The notes under the pieces were generated by a model that worked only from the letters and a program-made list of their open reading frames with translations, was not told the origin of the DNA and searched no databases. From the NCBI GenBank assembly GCA_000442015.1, contig KE560904.1, positions 1-64,000 of the forward strand: 64,000 bases of DNA. Direction: 5' to 3'. Origin of the DNA: Rozella allomycis CSF55 (Eukaryota). The translations under genes were made by a program, and so were the position numbers. Positions 27,794-39,973 of the stretch are shown in pieces; the stretch's first letter is position 1; every line of letters begins with the position of its first letter.

Positions 27794-28884
27794 TTAAAAA
27801 TATTCAACTGGTTCGTAGGGAACTCTTTTTATACATTCAATAGGATGGATGTCACCATACGCAACTTCTGCCGCAATTTCATCAGGAAACCATCTGATTA
27901 GCAAATTTTGATTAATTTACGGTCCGATAACATAATTTAGTTTGTCTGTAAGTTCTGCTCTATTTATCGGATTTAAATAAGACAAGCGATTCAATTTTGG
28001 GCAAAATATTCGTTGATGTCTAAAAGTAAATATGGCCTCAAATATCTTCGTTCTATATTCTGTTGGAATCAAACGAGTTCTCTCAAGGAGGTTTAGAATT
28101 TCATCTACGCTTTCCGACTCTGCTTTCCGAACTAACTTCATTGCTTTAGAAAGACCAATTCCATGTAATGACTCTAAATAATCACATCCAGACAAAACGC
28201 ACGAAGTTAGTAATTGTGTCGGTGAAAGGTTTAAAGATTTCAGTATTTCGTCGCAATCTAAAGATTGGGCATATTCGTTGTTAAATTTGTATAAAATCTT
28301 TGTAATGAAGGCTTGGAATCTACCTTTTTGGCTCCAAACGGTATCAAATCCGAGTCTTCAGTTATTACCGCATCAACTAGGCCATTTTTGTTTAAATATG
28401 ATAACTGTGCATCCGCTTCGTAAGGAGCGACAATAAATGGAATTTTATGTACCCTTAGAACTTTTATAAGATCATGAGCGTGAAAGTGATTAATTGATAA
28501 GCACTTTGCATATTCTTTGAACATTTCTGATTTACTCATATTATCATTTAAACCAAGTTTCTTTAATTGCTCCTTCCTTTTTATTAGATATCGGTAAAAT
28601 TACTTTGACCGTCTATCATCTGTAATTTTTTTCATAGGAAGTGCACCACCATCAAAAACAAATAGCGGTAAAATATTATTTTGAAACAAGAGATCTATTT
28701 TTCTCATGCAATAATCAACGTGAACAGAAGTAGGGATCCCTTTGCCAATCTTTACCGGATCAACGTAAGCTCCTTTGTAGAGCCAGTCATAACCATCTAT
28801 TCCTATCACTTTATTTTTTAAGTCTCTTAAAGTAACAGTTTTAAGATGCGGCTTTAAATGAGCTAAAAGTCCATTAATGCCCAT
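27794..28884 (-). CDS. EXO1: Exonuclease 1 (XPG/Rad2 family), nuclease core only
   Basis: MGINGLL, GIDGYDWLYKG, VFDGGALPMK, VAPYEADAQL, ITEDSDL, SGCDYLESLHGIGL, FRHQRIFCP. Confidence 0.88.
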
Positions 28885-28990
28885 TCTGTAATTTCAGATT
28901 TTATTCATCCCGTTAAAGTTGAAAACTAAACTGCCAAATCATTTTTCAATGCCTTGATCGCTGTGTTTAAAGAATAACACAAAGCCACAA

Positions 28991-29734
28991 ATGAAGGTTC
29001 TTTCCGATTTTATTAAAAGATTTCATCTCGATAGCACTTTCTGTAAATTGATTAGATATTGATGAATAGGCCTCCTTTCTGCACGCAACACACAATTAAT
29101 TTACGAATACTTTAAATTGCTTGATACTAGGAATCAAAACTCACTTGATGATGTTCAATTTTTGGCCTTTATGCAAACAAGCACCGATTTAAAGGTGAGC
29201 GAAATATACAAAATCTTTGATGTATTTGATCTTGACAGATCAGGTTCATGCGAATTTGATGAAGTGAGGCAACGCTATTTGGTCATATAGTTCTATTTGC
29301 TTGTTTGTATATTAGTAGCAATCAAAGATGGTCAAGCAAAAACATTTCTGTATCGACATTGGCGCACATGTTTTGAATTGCTCGATGAAAATAGTTCAAA
29401 ATCTGTTTCTAAAAAGGAATTCGAAACATTGGGGTTCTTATTTAATTTTTCAAACAAAGCTGTCAAAAAGATATTCTCAGAGTTTGATGTATCTGGAAAT
29501 AGTGTAATTAATGAATTGTTTTGAAAAGGGGTAGGAACTTGATTATAAAGAGTTTCGATTGTTTGCATTCGCAGCTATTGATTTGGAAGCAGAATTAGAG
29601 AAAAAGCAAAAGAGACAAGAAAAGGCAAGAAGGCAAAGTATAATCTCAAAATCAGGTAATAGCCCTTGTAAGGCCTCTTTAATATAGATCGAAGGTCCAT
29701 AAACAGTGGAATGAGTCATGGCAGTTTTAAATAA
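28991..29734 (+). CDS. EFCAB9: EF-hand protein, EFCAB9 orthologue (CatSper-associated Ca2+ sensor)
   Basis: Spliced HLDSTFCLLSARNTQLIYEYFKLLD...FDEFYLLVCILVA...FLYRHWRTCFELLD...GFLFNF...FDVSGNSELDYKEFRLF parallels the remembered EFCAB9 sequence throughout. Confidence 0.85.
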
Positions 29735-29834
29735 ATATTGCTTTGTTTTTCTTTCTTAAATATAACTAATGGATATTGTATTTGGCTTTGGAGGATGTTT
29801 CCAAACGTGGTAAAAATCGATTGCAAGGGTTGAA

Positions 29835-31129
29835 ATGCCGAGTGATTTTAACGTTACTGAACAAATGGATTCTACATTTATGTTTACTTCTGAATCTGTA
29901 GGAGAGGGACATCCTGGTAATACTATATGAGTAATTGTAGAAGACAAAATATGCGACCAAATATCTGACGCTATCCTTGATGCGTGTTTAGCACAAGACC
30001 CACATTCTAAAGTTGCGTGTGAAACTGCCACTAAGACTGGAATGATAATGGTTCTAGGAGAGATAACAACGAAAGCTAATTTGGACTATCAAAAGATAAT
30101 TCGAGAAAAAGTTCGCGAGATAGGGTACGATTCCAGTGAAAAAGGATTTGATTATAAGACTTGTAATGTTCTTGTTGCCATTGAACAACAATCACCTGAC
30201 ATTGCGCAAGGATTGATACAAACCTCAACAAGGATTGAAGATATTGGAGCTGGTGACCAAGTAAGTGAAAAGATTATATATTTCAAGGGTATAATGTTTG
30301 GATATGCTACTGATGAAACGGAAGAAATGATGCCATTGACAATCATCTTGGCACATAAAATCAATATGAAGTTGAGTGAATATCGCAGAAATGGAACATT
30401 GCCTTGGGTTTGGCCAGATTGTAAATCGCAAGTTACTATTGAATATAAAAATGAGAATGGGGCTATGATTCCATTGAGGGTTCACACCATTGTCATTTCA
30501 ACGCAACATTCCCCTGACGTTAGCTTGAAGCAAATGAGAGAAGAATTGATAGAAAAAGTTATCAAAGTAAAAGAATTCATTATTAATAGAAAAAGTCTGT
30601 TGTCCCTTCTAAGTATTTGGATGAATCAACGATTTATCATTTACAGCCATCTGGGCGTTTCATCATCGGAGGACCACAAGGTGATGCTGGATTAACAGGA
30701 AGAAAAATCATTGTCGACTCTTACGGTGGATGGGGCGCTCATGGAGGTGGTGCCTTTTCAGGAAAAGATTTTTCAAAGGTCGATAGATCAGCCGCTTATG
30801 CTGCAAGATGGGTAGCTAAATCCCTAGTTGCAGCTGGATTGTGTAGAAGATGTCTTGTTCAAGTAATAATTGTTATATCAATTCATTTAAAGGTGTCTTA
30901 TGCTATTGGTGTGGCAAAACCTGTTTCCATTTATGTCGATACATACGGCACTGGCATAAAATCAAATTTGGAATTATTGAGAATCGTTGAAGAAAATTTT
31001 GATCTTCGTCCCGGTATTATTGTCCGTGAATTAGACTTATTTAAACCTATCTACAGCAAAACGGCTGTATATGGTCATTTCGGGCGTAATGAATTTCCAT
31101 GGGAAAAGCCAAAGCAACTTAAATATTGA
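29835..31129 (+). CDS. SAM1: S-adenosylmethionine synthetase
   Basis: [36 protein letters not shown] signatures. Confidence 0.97.
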
Positions 31130-31285
31130 ACAATTATAATTAAATAAATCGACTAAATTTAACTATTTAATATCCTACTTTGGTCGGTATGATTTACAAT
31201 CACTTAATTTGACATTCTTGAATCTTATTAATTAAATAACGTCATCAAGAGTAAAAAGTTGTTAAAATGGAACCATGTAACATAA

Positions 31286-33937
31286 ATGCTAAGCTCTATT
31301 TGGCTTGGTTCCCTTTTATACTTTACGTGCATTAACGCACAGAACTCCACAAATGATGGAACGTTTAATATCTTGGCAAACTCTGGTGTATCTGCCATTC
31401 ATGGTGCTCCACTCTCAAATGGAAAGATTCTATTCCTTGGCAAACAAAGTAAGACAAATATATAGATGTAATACAAGGCAAATCAACATGGTTTAATTCA
31501 ATGAAGAAAACTTCGGCCATATTTGATACGTTGAATGGAACAGTCGAAACATTGGAAATGCCATCAGCTACATTTTACACTTCAGGCGGGTTTTTCCCTA
31601 ATGGGGATTTTATAAGTATTGGCGGCGATAAGGACAATAGACCTGATTCTTTTTCATTATCTGGTTATGATGGATTACGCCGATACAACTTTTGTCAAGA
31701 TAAATCAAACATACTTTGTTCATCGGAAAATTGGTATACTTCCTCGGAAAAAGTTCAAGATAGCCGTTGGTACTCGACTGTTGAAAATCTTCCAGATGGC
31801 CGTCTCTTCATTCTAGGAGGTAGCAGAGCGGAAGCACAAGTGCCTTCAAAATCTATTCTTTCAAATACTTTTGAAGTCTTTCCAGTTATTAACGAAGTTG
31901 ATTACAATACAATGTTCCCTTTCTTAGAGCATTCCTATCCTTATGTTCTTTATCCATTTGTTCACTTGTTGTCTAATAATAGGTTGTTCATTTTTGCTAA
32001 CCAAAATGCCACAATTCTTGATGCAAGAACTTATACCAAAATCAAATCACTTCCAAGACTTGATAATGATATTGTCATTAGAAATTATCCTTTCATGGCT
32101 TCGTCGGTTCTGTTGCCCTTGTATCCAGAAACAAATTATAACAATGAAGTATTGATAGTTGGAGGTGGAAGAAGAACAAAGATGGTTCAAAGGCTAGAGT
32201 CTCTCCCAAGCATGACTTTAGCAAAAAATTTGGAAACAGCTTCGGATCAATCTGCTCGCATCGACCTTGATGTTACAAGCCCCATATGGGAGATAGAAAA
32301 AATGCCGCAAAAGAGATTGATGGGAAATGCTATTTTAATGCCCGATGGAAAAGTTTTGGTTTTGAATGGTGCTCAAAGAGGTGTTGCTGGTTATGATTCG
32401 GTGGCTAGTAACTCATTGCTAAAACCAGATTTGTATGATCCAAAAGCCCCCAGTGGAAAAAGATGGAAGACCCTTGAAGCTATTGCCAATGTTAAAAGAG
32501 TTTATGGTTCTGTTGCCTTTCTACTTCCAGATGCTACAGTATTGATTGCAGGCAGTGATCCGCATTCTTCACCTTGGTCATGGGGAACCTATCCAACAGA
32601 ATATAGAGTGGAAATTTATCGTCCATATTATTTATATTTTAATGAACAAAGACCAAAGATTAATAGTATTCCAACGGATGTTGTACGGTATGGAGAAACA
32701 TTTGACATTGACGTGAATGGGCCATGGGATAGCGCATGCTTAATCAGATCGGGATTTGTTACTCACAGTGTTCAGATGGGTCAACGGTTTGTTGGTTTGG
32801 AAGTTATTGGGAATAACACCCTTTTGGCACCACCAAATTCGAAAATTGCCCCACCAGGAAAATATATGTTCTTTGTACTTAATAATGGAGCACCATCTGA
32901 AGCAATGTGGATCAATATTGGCAAGGCGTCGCTATTTGGGGGTAGTGTTTCCCACTTGCACAAAAGATTATGGCACATGATACAGTAATACTCTTTTCTC
33001 ACTTTCAAAAGGATTCACAGAGATAATGCAAGATATGTAGCCGCCTCGTGGATTAGGATGGCATATCACGATGCAGGAACATTTAGGGTCAATGACAAAC
33101 TAGGTGGTCCAAGAGCTAATTTATTACACCCAGAAGTTGCCAAATATCCAGAAAACAAAGGATTGTCGGATTTTGCAAGAACTGTTGCGATGATTGTCAG
33201 GGAATTTGAAGGGTTCAGCAGTATTTGTCTTTACATATTTTAACTAGTGGGTGACGCGATTTCAATGGCTGGTGTTACGGCCATCGAGTTTCTGGGAGGT
33301 CCAAGAATTTCCTGGAGAAGAGGTAGAGTTGATTTGAAATTAGGCGAAACTATTTTTGGGCCAGGAAGAATCCCAGATCCGTTTGAAAGAAACATAAATT
33401 CGGTACAAGAATCCTTTTTTGATATGGGGCTTTCCACAGTAGACATGGTAGCTTTAATGAGCATGAATTCAATTGGGTATGACAATTTTAGTTATATCAA
33501 TAGGGCTGTTCATCCAGACGTTCCTCAAGTAGAAGCTATTCTTTCATCTGTAAATTATCGTTTCAGCAATCAATATTACAAAGAATTAGTTGGACACATT
33601 TGGATTCCTGTAAAACATAAAGAATCAGGAAAAACTTACTATGTTGCTGATGATAATCCATTATTGACAAAGCTTCCAAGCGATATGTCTTTGCTAGATG
33701 ACCCAACAAGTTTAGCTCTCGTTCAAAAGTAAAGTTGCTAATTCATAATGCAATAGGTTCGCGGCTGATGAGTATTTCTACACAGAAACATTTGCTTCTG
33801 CATTTTCTAATCTTGTGCATCTTGGAATGAATATTGATTTTCCAGAGCAAGTGAGTGAACATCCACTAGTTCCTGAACCCAAAGAAATTGTGAATAACAC
33901 ACTTCAAATGAGATTTGGCAGTCAAAGAGTTAAATAA
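31286..33937 (+). CDS. Secreted glyoxal/galactose-oxidase-like (AA5) protein fused in frame to an APX/CcP-like heme peroxidase domain
   Basis: Signal peptide MLSSIWLGSLLYFTCINA; SGVSAIH, RWYST, YPFVHLL, RNYP, RSGFVTHSVQMGQR, APPGKYM. A 27-nt GT-AG intron (32985-33011) bridges to IRMAYHDAGTF...GGPRISWRRGRVD...LPSDMSLLDD...KFAADE. Confidence 0.8.
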
Positions 33938-34151
33938 ATTGCTGATTATTTATTAAACATTAAAATTGTGACTAATTAGTTTCAATTGCAATTTGCATCA
34001 GAATAACGTTTCTTCAAACCCCAAGATAAAAAATATAAAACCATTTAAGTGATCGAAATGGTTTTTTAATCAAACTCCCATGATAGAACAATGTTATGTT
34101 TTCCTAATATCTGATCATTAAATTACATTAGTGGCTTGTAAATTGCCTCAC

Positions 34152-36626
34152 ATGAGTCAAAATCAAAGTACACAGGCATTCTTGAGCCCAAGCAATACTG
34201 TTGTTAGTGATTTGGCCAAATTGGAAAGTAAGGAGAGTATGGTTAGAAGTTTGGATGACATTGAATCTATTAAAACCAGCAACCGAAGAAGGAAATTCTG
34301 GTCAAATTTGGTCAAAACTCGGACAAGAAAGTGTATTTTATGTAGTATTATATCGTTTATAATAATTTTGATTATATTCATACCGTTGACACTCTTTGTT
34401 ATTGCCCCATCAGTCGCGCAGAGCAGCATTGCGAATTCTAAACTTGTTATTCATAATTTGGATATAACCGACCCTAAAATGGATTCATTTCTTTTGTCAA
34501 TGAATGCAACTATGAGTGACACTGGTTCCTTTGATGCATTAATGAAAGAAAGTAATATGGAAATGTTATTTAAGGATAAATCATTTGGGCTATTCCCAAT
34601 GCCCGCAGTTTATATTGAGGCGGGCAAGTCAACGGCTTTATTGTTCAGCGCGCGGGTTAAGATAACGGATGAGCAAGTTTATCTACAATTTTCTAGAGAA
34701 ACAATAAATAGGAAAGACGTTTCTTCGAGCATGAAAGGAAAGATCTCTGTGACTGTAATGACACCAATAAAGGCATCATTGACATTGAATGATATTCCTT
34801 TTGAAAAGAGCATGACCCTTAACGGCATGGACGGACTGAAGGAAATGGAAATACTTGAAATAAATTTGCCAAAAGATTTAAGTGATGGAATTCAATTAGA
34901 AGTTGACGCGAGAATGAAAAATAGATCACCAATGTCGATGATTATGGGAGATGCATATTTTAATGTGTTTTATCAAGGGATATTGACAGCGAGAATGACT
35001 TCAAAAGATTTGAAGATGAAGAAGGGATGGAATAAAGTAAAAATGACGGGACAATTATTGCCTATATCTAAAGAAAATGAGCAAATAATGTCAAAGTTTT
35101 TTTCTGATTCAATGAATGGCATAGATTCCAATTTGGTGGTCAAAGGCGTTTCAACAGATTATCATGGGAAGCAAATACCCTGGCTCAACAAGACAATAAA
35201 CAATTTGAGCCTTTCTTCATTAGCCCCTGGAATGAAAAACTTTAATCCTATTTCTGGTATGGAAATAATAGAAATGTCTATTGAATTTGTTAAAAATGAT
35301 CCTTCATTGATGAGGGTAATGACAAAGATAAAAACAACATACCTTCTTCCTCCAACTTATAAATTCTCTACTAATCTTAAATACATTGATCAAAAAATGA
35401 ATATGATAACCAAAGATGGTATTCCATATGCATCCTTGAAGCTTCAATCAGAGAGTTGTAACGACCAGGGTCATTCAGTAGTGGCTTCGCTTGTTGGTGA
35501 TATGAGAATCAATGTTCCCAATAAAAGATATTTTGATGAGTTTTTAGAAAATCAAATGAAAGAAAAGAGTGTAGACTTTAGATTTACTGGATTGTCAACA
35601 GTTCATATGAATACAAAGATTGGAAATATGATAGTGAAGGATGTACCCTTGTCAGATACAAAACAAATGGATGGAATGGATATTTCAAATCAAAATCCAC
35701 TGATTGGAGAAATGATAATGACCAAAGGAACAGCTGAGAAACTCTTTATTGATACGACGGTAAAGATGACAAACCCTGCAAGCGTTACAGTTTCTGGTAT
35801 TGGTGATGTCAATTTTAATCTATTCTTTAATTACTCGAATGTTCAAGTTCAAATGGGCAGAATTAAGATTGTAAATTTCAACATGGCCAAAGGAATGAAT
35901 CAATTGAAAGTCGTCACTGAGCTTTGGGCAGGCAAAGAAGAAGATTTTCAATTTCAGCAAGCCAAGAAACAATTCTTTTCAAATTTTGCTTTGGGGTTGA
36001 AATCTGATGTTGTTCTCAAAGGCTACAATGAATCATCAACAGTGTTTGCAGTAAAGAACGCTTTGTCTAAAATTGAAATGCCATCGTTTGTGCCTGGGCA
36101 GATTATGGAAATAACAAAGAAATCTTACAGCTTTGTTTGCTTATCTCGTGCCCGCCTGTACGCATCCTTCGATCTCGCAAATCCCTTTGATGTTCCTCTA
36201 AGACTAAATGAAATAATCAACATGGAAATATCTTCACCAAAAGTCAAGTTTTTAAATGTTAAGATTCAAAATCAACTAATTCGAAATGTGTTCATCTATC
36301 CAAGACAAGTGGCTGAGAAACCAACGTATCTCCAAGTCCCAATTCTCAAAACAGTGTTAAACTCTCTTTTTAATTTGGATAATAGTACCTCATCTGATTC
36401 TAATGGCNATTTGGATAATAGTACCTCATCCGATTCTAATGGCTCCCATTCCCGTTCTTTGCCTGATCTGTCTCATTTTAATGTAAAAGGAACTGTCAGG
36501 ATCTCTCTTGGTCATTTTCCAATCACTCTGAACATTACACAATCAAATGTTCCAAATGATATGATTAATCGATGTCCTCCTGAAGAACTGATTGAACCTC
36601 CCACTTTTGATCCCAAAGATGATTAA
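34152..36626 (+). CDS. Single-pass membrane protein with repeated DUF3712 (Tag1-like) beta-rich units
   Basis: Intronless. One TM followed by APSVAQSSIANSKL; repeated motifs IPFEKSMTLNGMDGL / VPLSDTKQMDGMD and NRSPMSM / NPASVTV. An N join lies at 36408. Confidence 0.7.
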   Translation: MSQNQSTQAFLSPSNTVVSDLAKLESKESMVRSLDDIESIKTSNRRRKFWSNLVKTRTRKCILCSIISFIIILIIFIPLTLFVIAPSVAQSSIANSKLVIHNLDITDPKMDSFLLSMNATMSDTGSFDALMKESNMEMLFKDKSFGLFPMPAVYIEAGKSTALLFSARVKITDEQVYLQFSRETINRKDVSSSMKGKISVTVMTPIKASLTLNDIPFEKSMTLNGMDGLKEMEILEINLPKDLSDGIQLEVDARMKNRSPMSMIMGDAYFNVFYQGILTARMTSKDLKMKKGWNKVKMTGQLLPISKENEQIMSKFFSDSMNGIDSNLVVKGVSTDYHGKQIPWLNKTINNLSLSSLAPGMKNFNPISGMEIIEMSIEFVKNDPSLMRVMTKIKTTYLLPPTYKFSTNLKYIDQKMNMITKDGIPYASLKLQSESCNDQGHSVVASLVGDMRINVPNKRYFDEFLENQMKEKSVDFRFTGLSTVHMNTKIGNMIVKDVPLSDTKQMDGMDISNQNPLIGEMIMTKGTAEKLFIDTTVKMTNPASVTVSGIGDVNFNLFFNYSNVQVQMGRIKIVNFNMAKGMNQLKVVTELWAGKEEDFQFQQAKKQFFSNFALGLKSDVVLKGYNESSTVFAVKNALSKIEMPSFVPGQIMEITKKSYSFVCLSRARLYASFDLANPFDVPLRLNEIINMEISSPKVKFLNVKIQNQLIRNVFIYPRQVAEKPTYLQVPILKTVLNSLFNLDNSTSSDSNGXLDNSTSSDSNGSHSRSLPDLSHFNVKGTVRISLGHFPITLNITQSNVPNDMINRCPPEELIEPPTFDPKDD

Positions 36627-36681
36627 TATTGATATAAATTATTTTACTTTAATGAAATATTTGCCTTTAAACATTGTTATN

Positions 36682-37775
36682 TATCTTACCTACTCTTTCG
36701 AAACTAAACCTAAAGAATGTATTTATCAACGAAATTAATATAAAGAAATTCTCAGATACATTAATGGAAATAGAACCAAAGGTTTCGGCGTACTGCGATT
36801 ATCCCTTACATCCACAGCTCAATGACGATGTAAATATATGTAATTGGTATACTCTCTAAATGGAAACATAAAGGATATTCTTAATTGATTTACTCAACTT
36901 CTCCTTCTGGAATAATCCAACTAGCGATCCATTTATGGTCAATTACCAAGGAAAAGATTATAGTGGATACGCGTCCTTGTGCGCCATTATTAAGAGAGCC
37001 ATAGATGAAGATTATGATATGCTAAACCCACATTTTTGGTGTGAACTGGATTTAAAAACATGGGCCTATATCTGTCGTTCTACAACAAATCAAAATATGC
37101 CTCTACTAGAAAAAAGACTAGAAATTCTTAAAGAATCAGGAAGCGCACTATTAAAAGTACTTTTTGTTAATTGATTTTATTATATGAATTTGGCGGTGAC
37201 TTTGGAAATGTAATCAGCAAAGCTGATAGGGATGTTTATGCATTCATTGAACTTGTGCTTCGTTACTTTCCATCATTCAGAGATGAGGTTTATCCAGAAA
37301 GTATTCCTATACTCCCGTTTTTAAAAGTCAAATTCTACAAAAGGGTGCAAATATTGATAGCGGATGTTTGGTCATGCTTTGGTGGAAAAAACATTGGTGA
37401 ATTTACAAACATTGATGACATAACAATGTTTGCCGATTACAGGTAACACATAAAAGAATCTAGCATAGGGTACCACAGGTAAATGTATTGATAAATGAAA
37501 TTTACAAGGCATTGTGTGGACTAGGAATCTTGGAATATTCTCCTGCACTTCTTTCTAAGCTGAATTCATCATTAAACGAAGAGGGCGAAAATTTGGAACT
37601 TTTCTCTCAAGAAGAAATTGATATTAGAGCGTCTTCAATCCTTGCAGTGGAAAGCATCAAAAAGTATCTGAAAGGTTGGAATAGCATATTGATTGACTAC
37701 TACTTGTGGGATTTCGCTAAAAGAACAAATTTATCGCATATTCCAATACATCGCATACGCACAATTTACTATTAA
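36682..37775 (+). CDS. QNG1: Queuosine salvage protein (DUF2419, QNG1/C9orf64); 5' end at an assembly gap
   Basis: DLLNFSFW, YSGYASLCAIIKRA, FPSFRD, FYKRVQILIADVW, ITMFADYRVPQAL, HRIRTIYY. Confidence 0.9.
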
Positions 37776-37787
37776 AGATTATTTATT

Positions 37788-38615
37788 TTAATATTGCTTC
37801 TTCTTTTCATCAATAGACATATTTCCAGGGCCAATGTTAACCAACATGAGCAATCCCCCCATCACTGAAAGAGTTTGAAAAAAGTCGTATTTTAAAAAGT
37901 CTCTTTCAGGATGTTCGTGATGAAGTGACCACCAATTGTTGACAAAAACATTGAATAACGACAACATAGCGATCAACAGAATGGCTGAAAACTTGGCCTT
38001 GAACCCTACAACCACCATAACGCAAACTACAGATGCAATAGCTATAAATATTAAACGAACCAATGACATCTCCTCACCTCCAAACGCAAGACCTAAGAAT
38101 AACAAAACCAATAACACACGACCAAGCAAAGTCATGTAGGTAGATGTTCCGTTCTTGTTAATACTGGGGAGACCAGCAAACATGGCATTCTTCTTATCCA
38201 TCGTTATGTATGATTCAGACGCAAGTAAAATTAACCCACCAAGCAGAGATAAGTTTCTCAAAAGATATTTCCAATCTAATGCGAATCCATAGAATATAGA
38301 TTGTAAAATAGTGTTAACTCCAAGTCCGATAACTGCAATATTAGTGTGCTTCTTCATAACTGCAAGAGACGAGCATATGATCATTGTTGCCGTTATTGCA
38401 AGGAGAAAAATGTAAGCAAAAAATGACGAGTATCCCTTGTAATAAGTAAAGTACTGAACTTGCATATTCCATTGAAACAAAATTCTAAACGAATCTTCCA
38501 AATAGGTCACAACCAAAAGGAATCTTGCAAGGGCTGGCAAGTGCGGTTTCAAAGGTTGAGACAAGCTATCTAATTTTTCTTCCAATTGAACTGATATCTG
38601 CTTTAGGTTATCCAT
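37788..38615 (-). CDS. ERV29: ER cargo receptor SURF4/Erv29
   Basis: LPALARFLLVVTYLEDSFRI, RDFLKYDFFQTLSVMGGLL, GPGNMSIDEKKKQY. Confidence 0.95.
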   Translation of the reverse strand: MDNLKQISVQLEEKLDSLSQPLKPHLPALARFLLVVTYLEDSFRILFQWNMQVQYFTYYKGYSSFFAYIFLLAITATMIICSSLAVMKKHTNIAVIGLGVNTILQSIFYGFALDWKYLLRNLSLLGGLILLASESYITMDKKNAMFAGLPSINKNGTSTYMTLLGRVLLVLLFLGLAFGGEEMSLVRLIFIAIASVVCVMVVVGFKAKFSAILLIAMLSLFNVFVNNWWSLHHEHPERDFLKYDFFQTLSVMGGLLMLVNIGPGNMSIDEKKKQY

Positions 38616-38686
38616 CACCAAAGTAGGCAGAAAAAGTTTCCGAAATTTTCCTAAATTGACCGATTTAAAAATAAGACAATTCAAAT

Positions 38687-39823
38687 TTATTGTTTAAAAG
38701 ATTTACATTGCTCCAAAAACACTTTTAGTTTATTTGGATCATGGTCAGGCATCCTAATTACTGTAATGATTTATTTTTACATTCCATGTCCCAAATTGAC
38801 AATATGTGGTAAACCAACGGAATCAAACTCTTTTAAATTTTCATTGGTAAGTTCCTTCAAAGTTTCAGTTTCAGCAAACAGTGCACAGGGATCTAAATTT
38901 CCTTGAAGACAAATTCGTTTCGTTATATTCTTTGATGCTTCTATTGCTTCCATGGTATAATCCAGACCTAAAACGTCAATATCCAAGTCTGAAAGATCTT
39001 TTAAAGAAGAGTGCGCTCCCTTGCAAAAGAGTGTCAAAGGAATCCTCTCCGTGATTTGAGCGTCAATTAACTTTTTTCTAAAGACAGTGACAATTTCTTC
39101 AAGAAAAGGAATGCCAAATTCTTTGTAAAGTTTTGGCGATAATTCTCCTGCCCATGAATCAAAGAGTTGAATTGCTTGAGCTCCTGCCAATACTTGCTCC
39201 ACAATATAATCCGCTATCACAGAACTCAATTTGGCTAGCAATTGTTTTGATTCCGAAGGATATCTATACAACCACGCCTTAGCTTTTGAAAATGTTTTTG
39301 ATCCACCGCCCTCAATCATATATGCCATAAGAGTCCATGGTGCACCCGAGAATCCAATCAGAGGTACCCTTCCATTCAATCTATGCCTAGTTAAAGTAAT
39401 AGCTTCAAAAACGTATGACAATACATCTTTAACTACTGGCATGCGTAATTTATTCAAGTCCTCTGGGGAAATCAACGGGCAAGGAAAATGCGGCCCCTTG
39501 GACGGTAGCATTTGTACCTCCATGCCCATGGCTTGAGGTATTACAAGTATATCACTAAAAATTATCGCCGCATCTAACAGTCCATCATATCGGTCAATAG
39601 GTTGCAGTGTAATTTGGCATGCAAGTTCAGGAGTTTGACAAACTTTAAAGAAATCATATTTTTCTCGAACTTCCCTAAATTCGGGCAAATATCGCCCTGC
39701 CTGTCTCATTACCCATACAGGCGGAGGACAAATAACTTCTCCCAAGGCAGCTTTTAAATAGTTTGTATTTAACATTCTAGGATATGCTTTGTTGCTCGAT
39801 AAATTGGTCTCTGTAAATGTCAT
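38687..39823 (-). CDS. HEM12: Uroporphyrinogen decarboxylase
   Basis: PVWVMRQAGRYLPE, AIIFSDIL, IGFSGAPWTL, QGNLDP, NLGHG plus a short last exon. Confidence 0.96.
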
Positions 39824-39973
39824 ATAGTCAATTCTTCAATTTCGGAATTCGCAGTCATTCTGTCTTGTAGACTTTGGGTTTCATTCATTATAAATCAGTT
39901 TTTTTCTATTTACTAATTCGCTAGAGAAGTTGGTTAAAAAGTTGATATTAGATATATTAAAAACTTTATTTGT

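Noticed and set aside
36373-36443. Duplicated LDNSTSSDSNG peptide
   Set aside because: The two copies sit on either side of N36408, indicating an assembly join.
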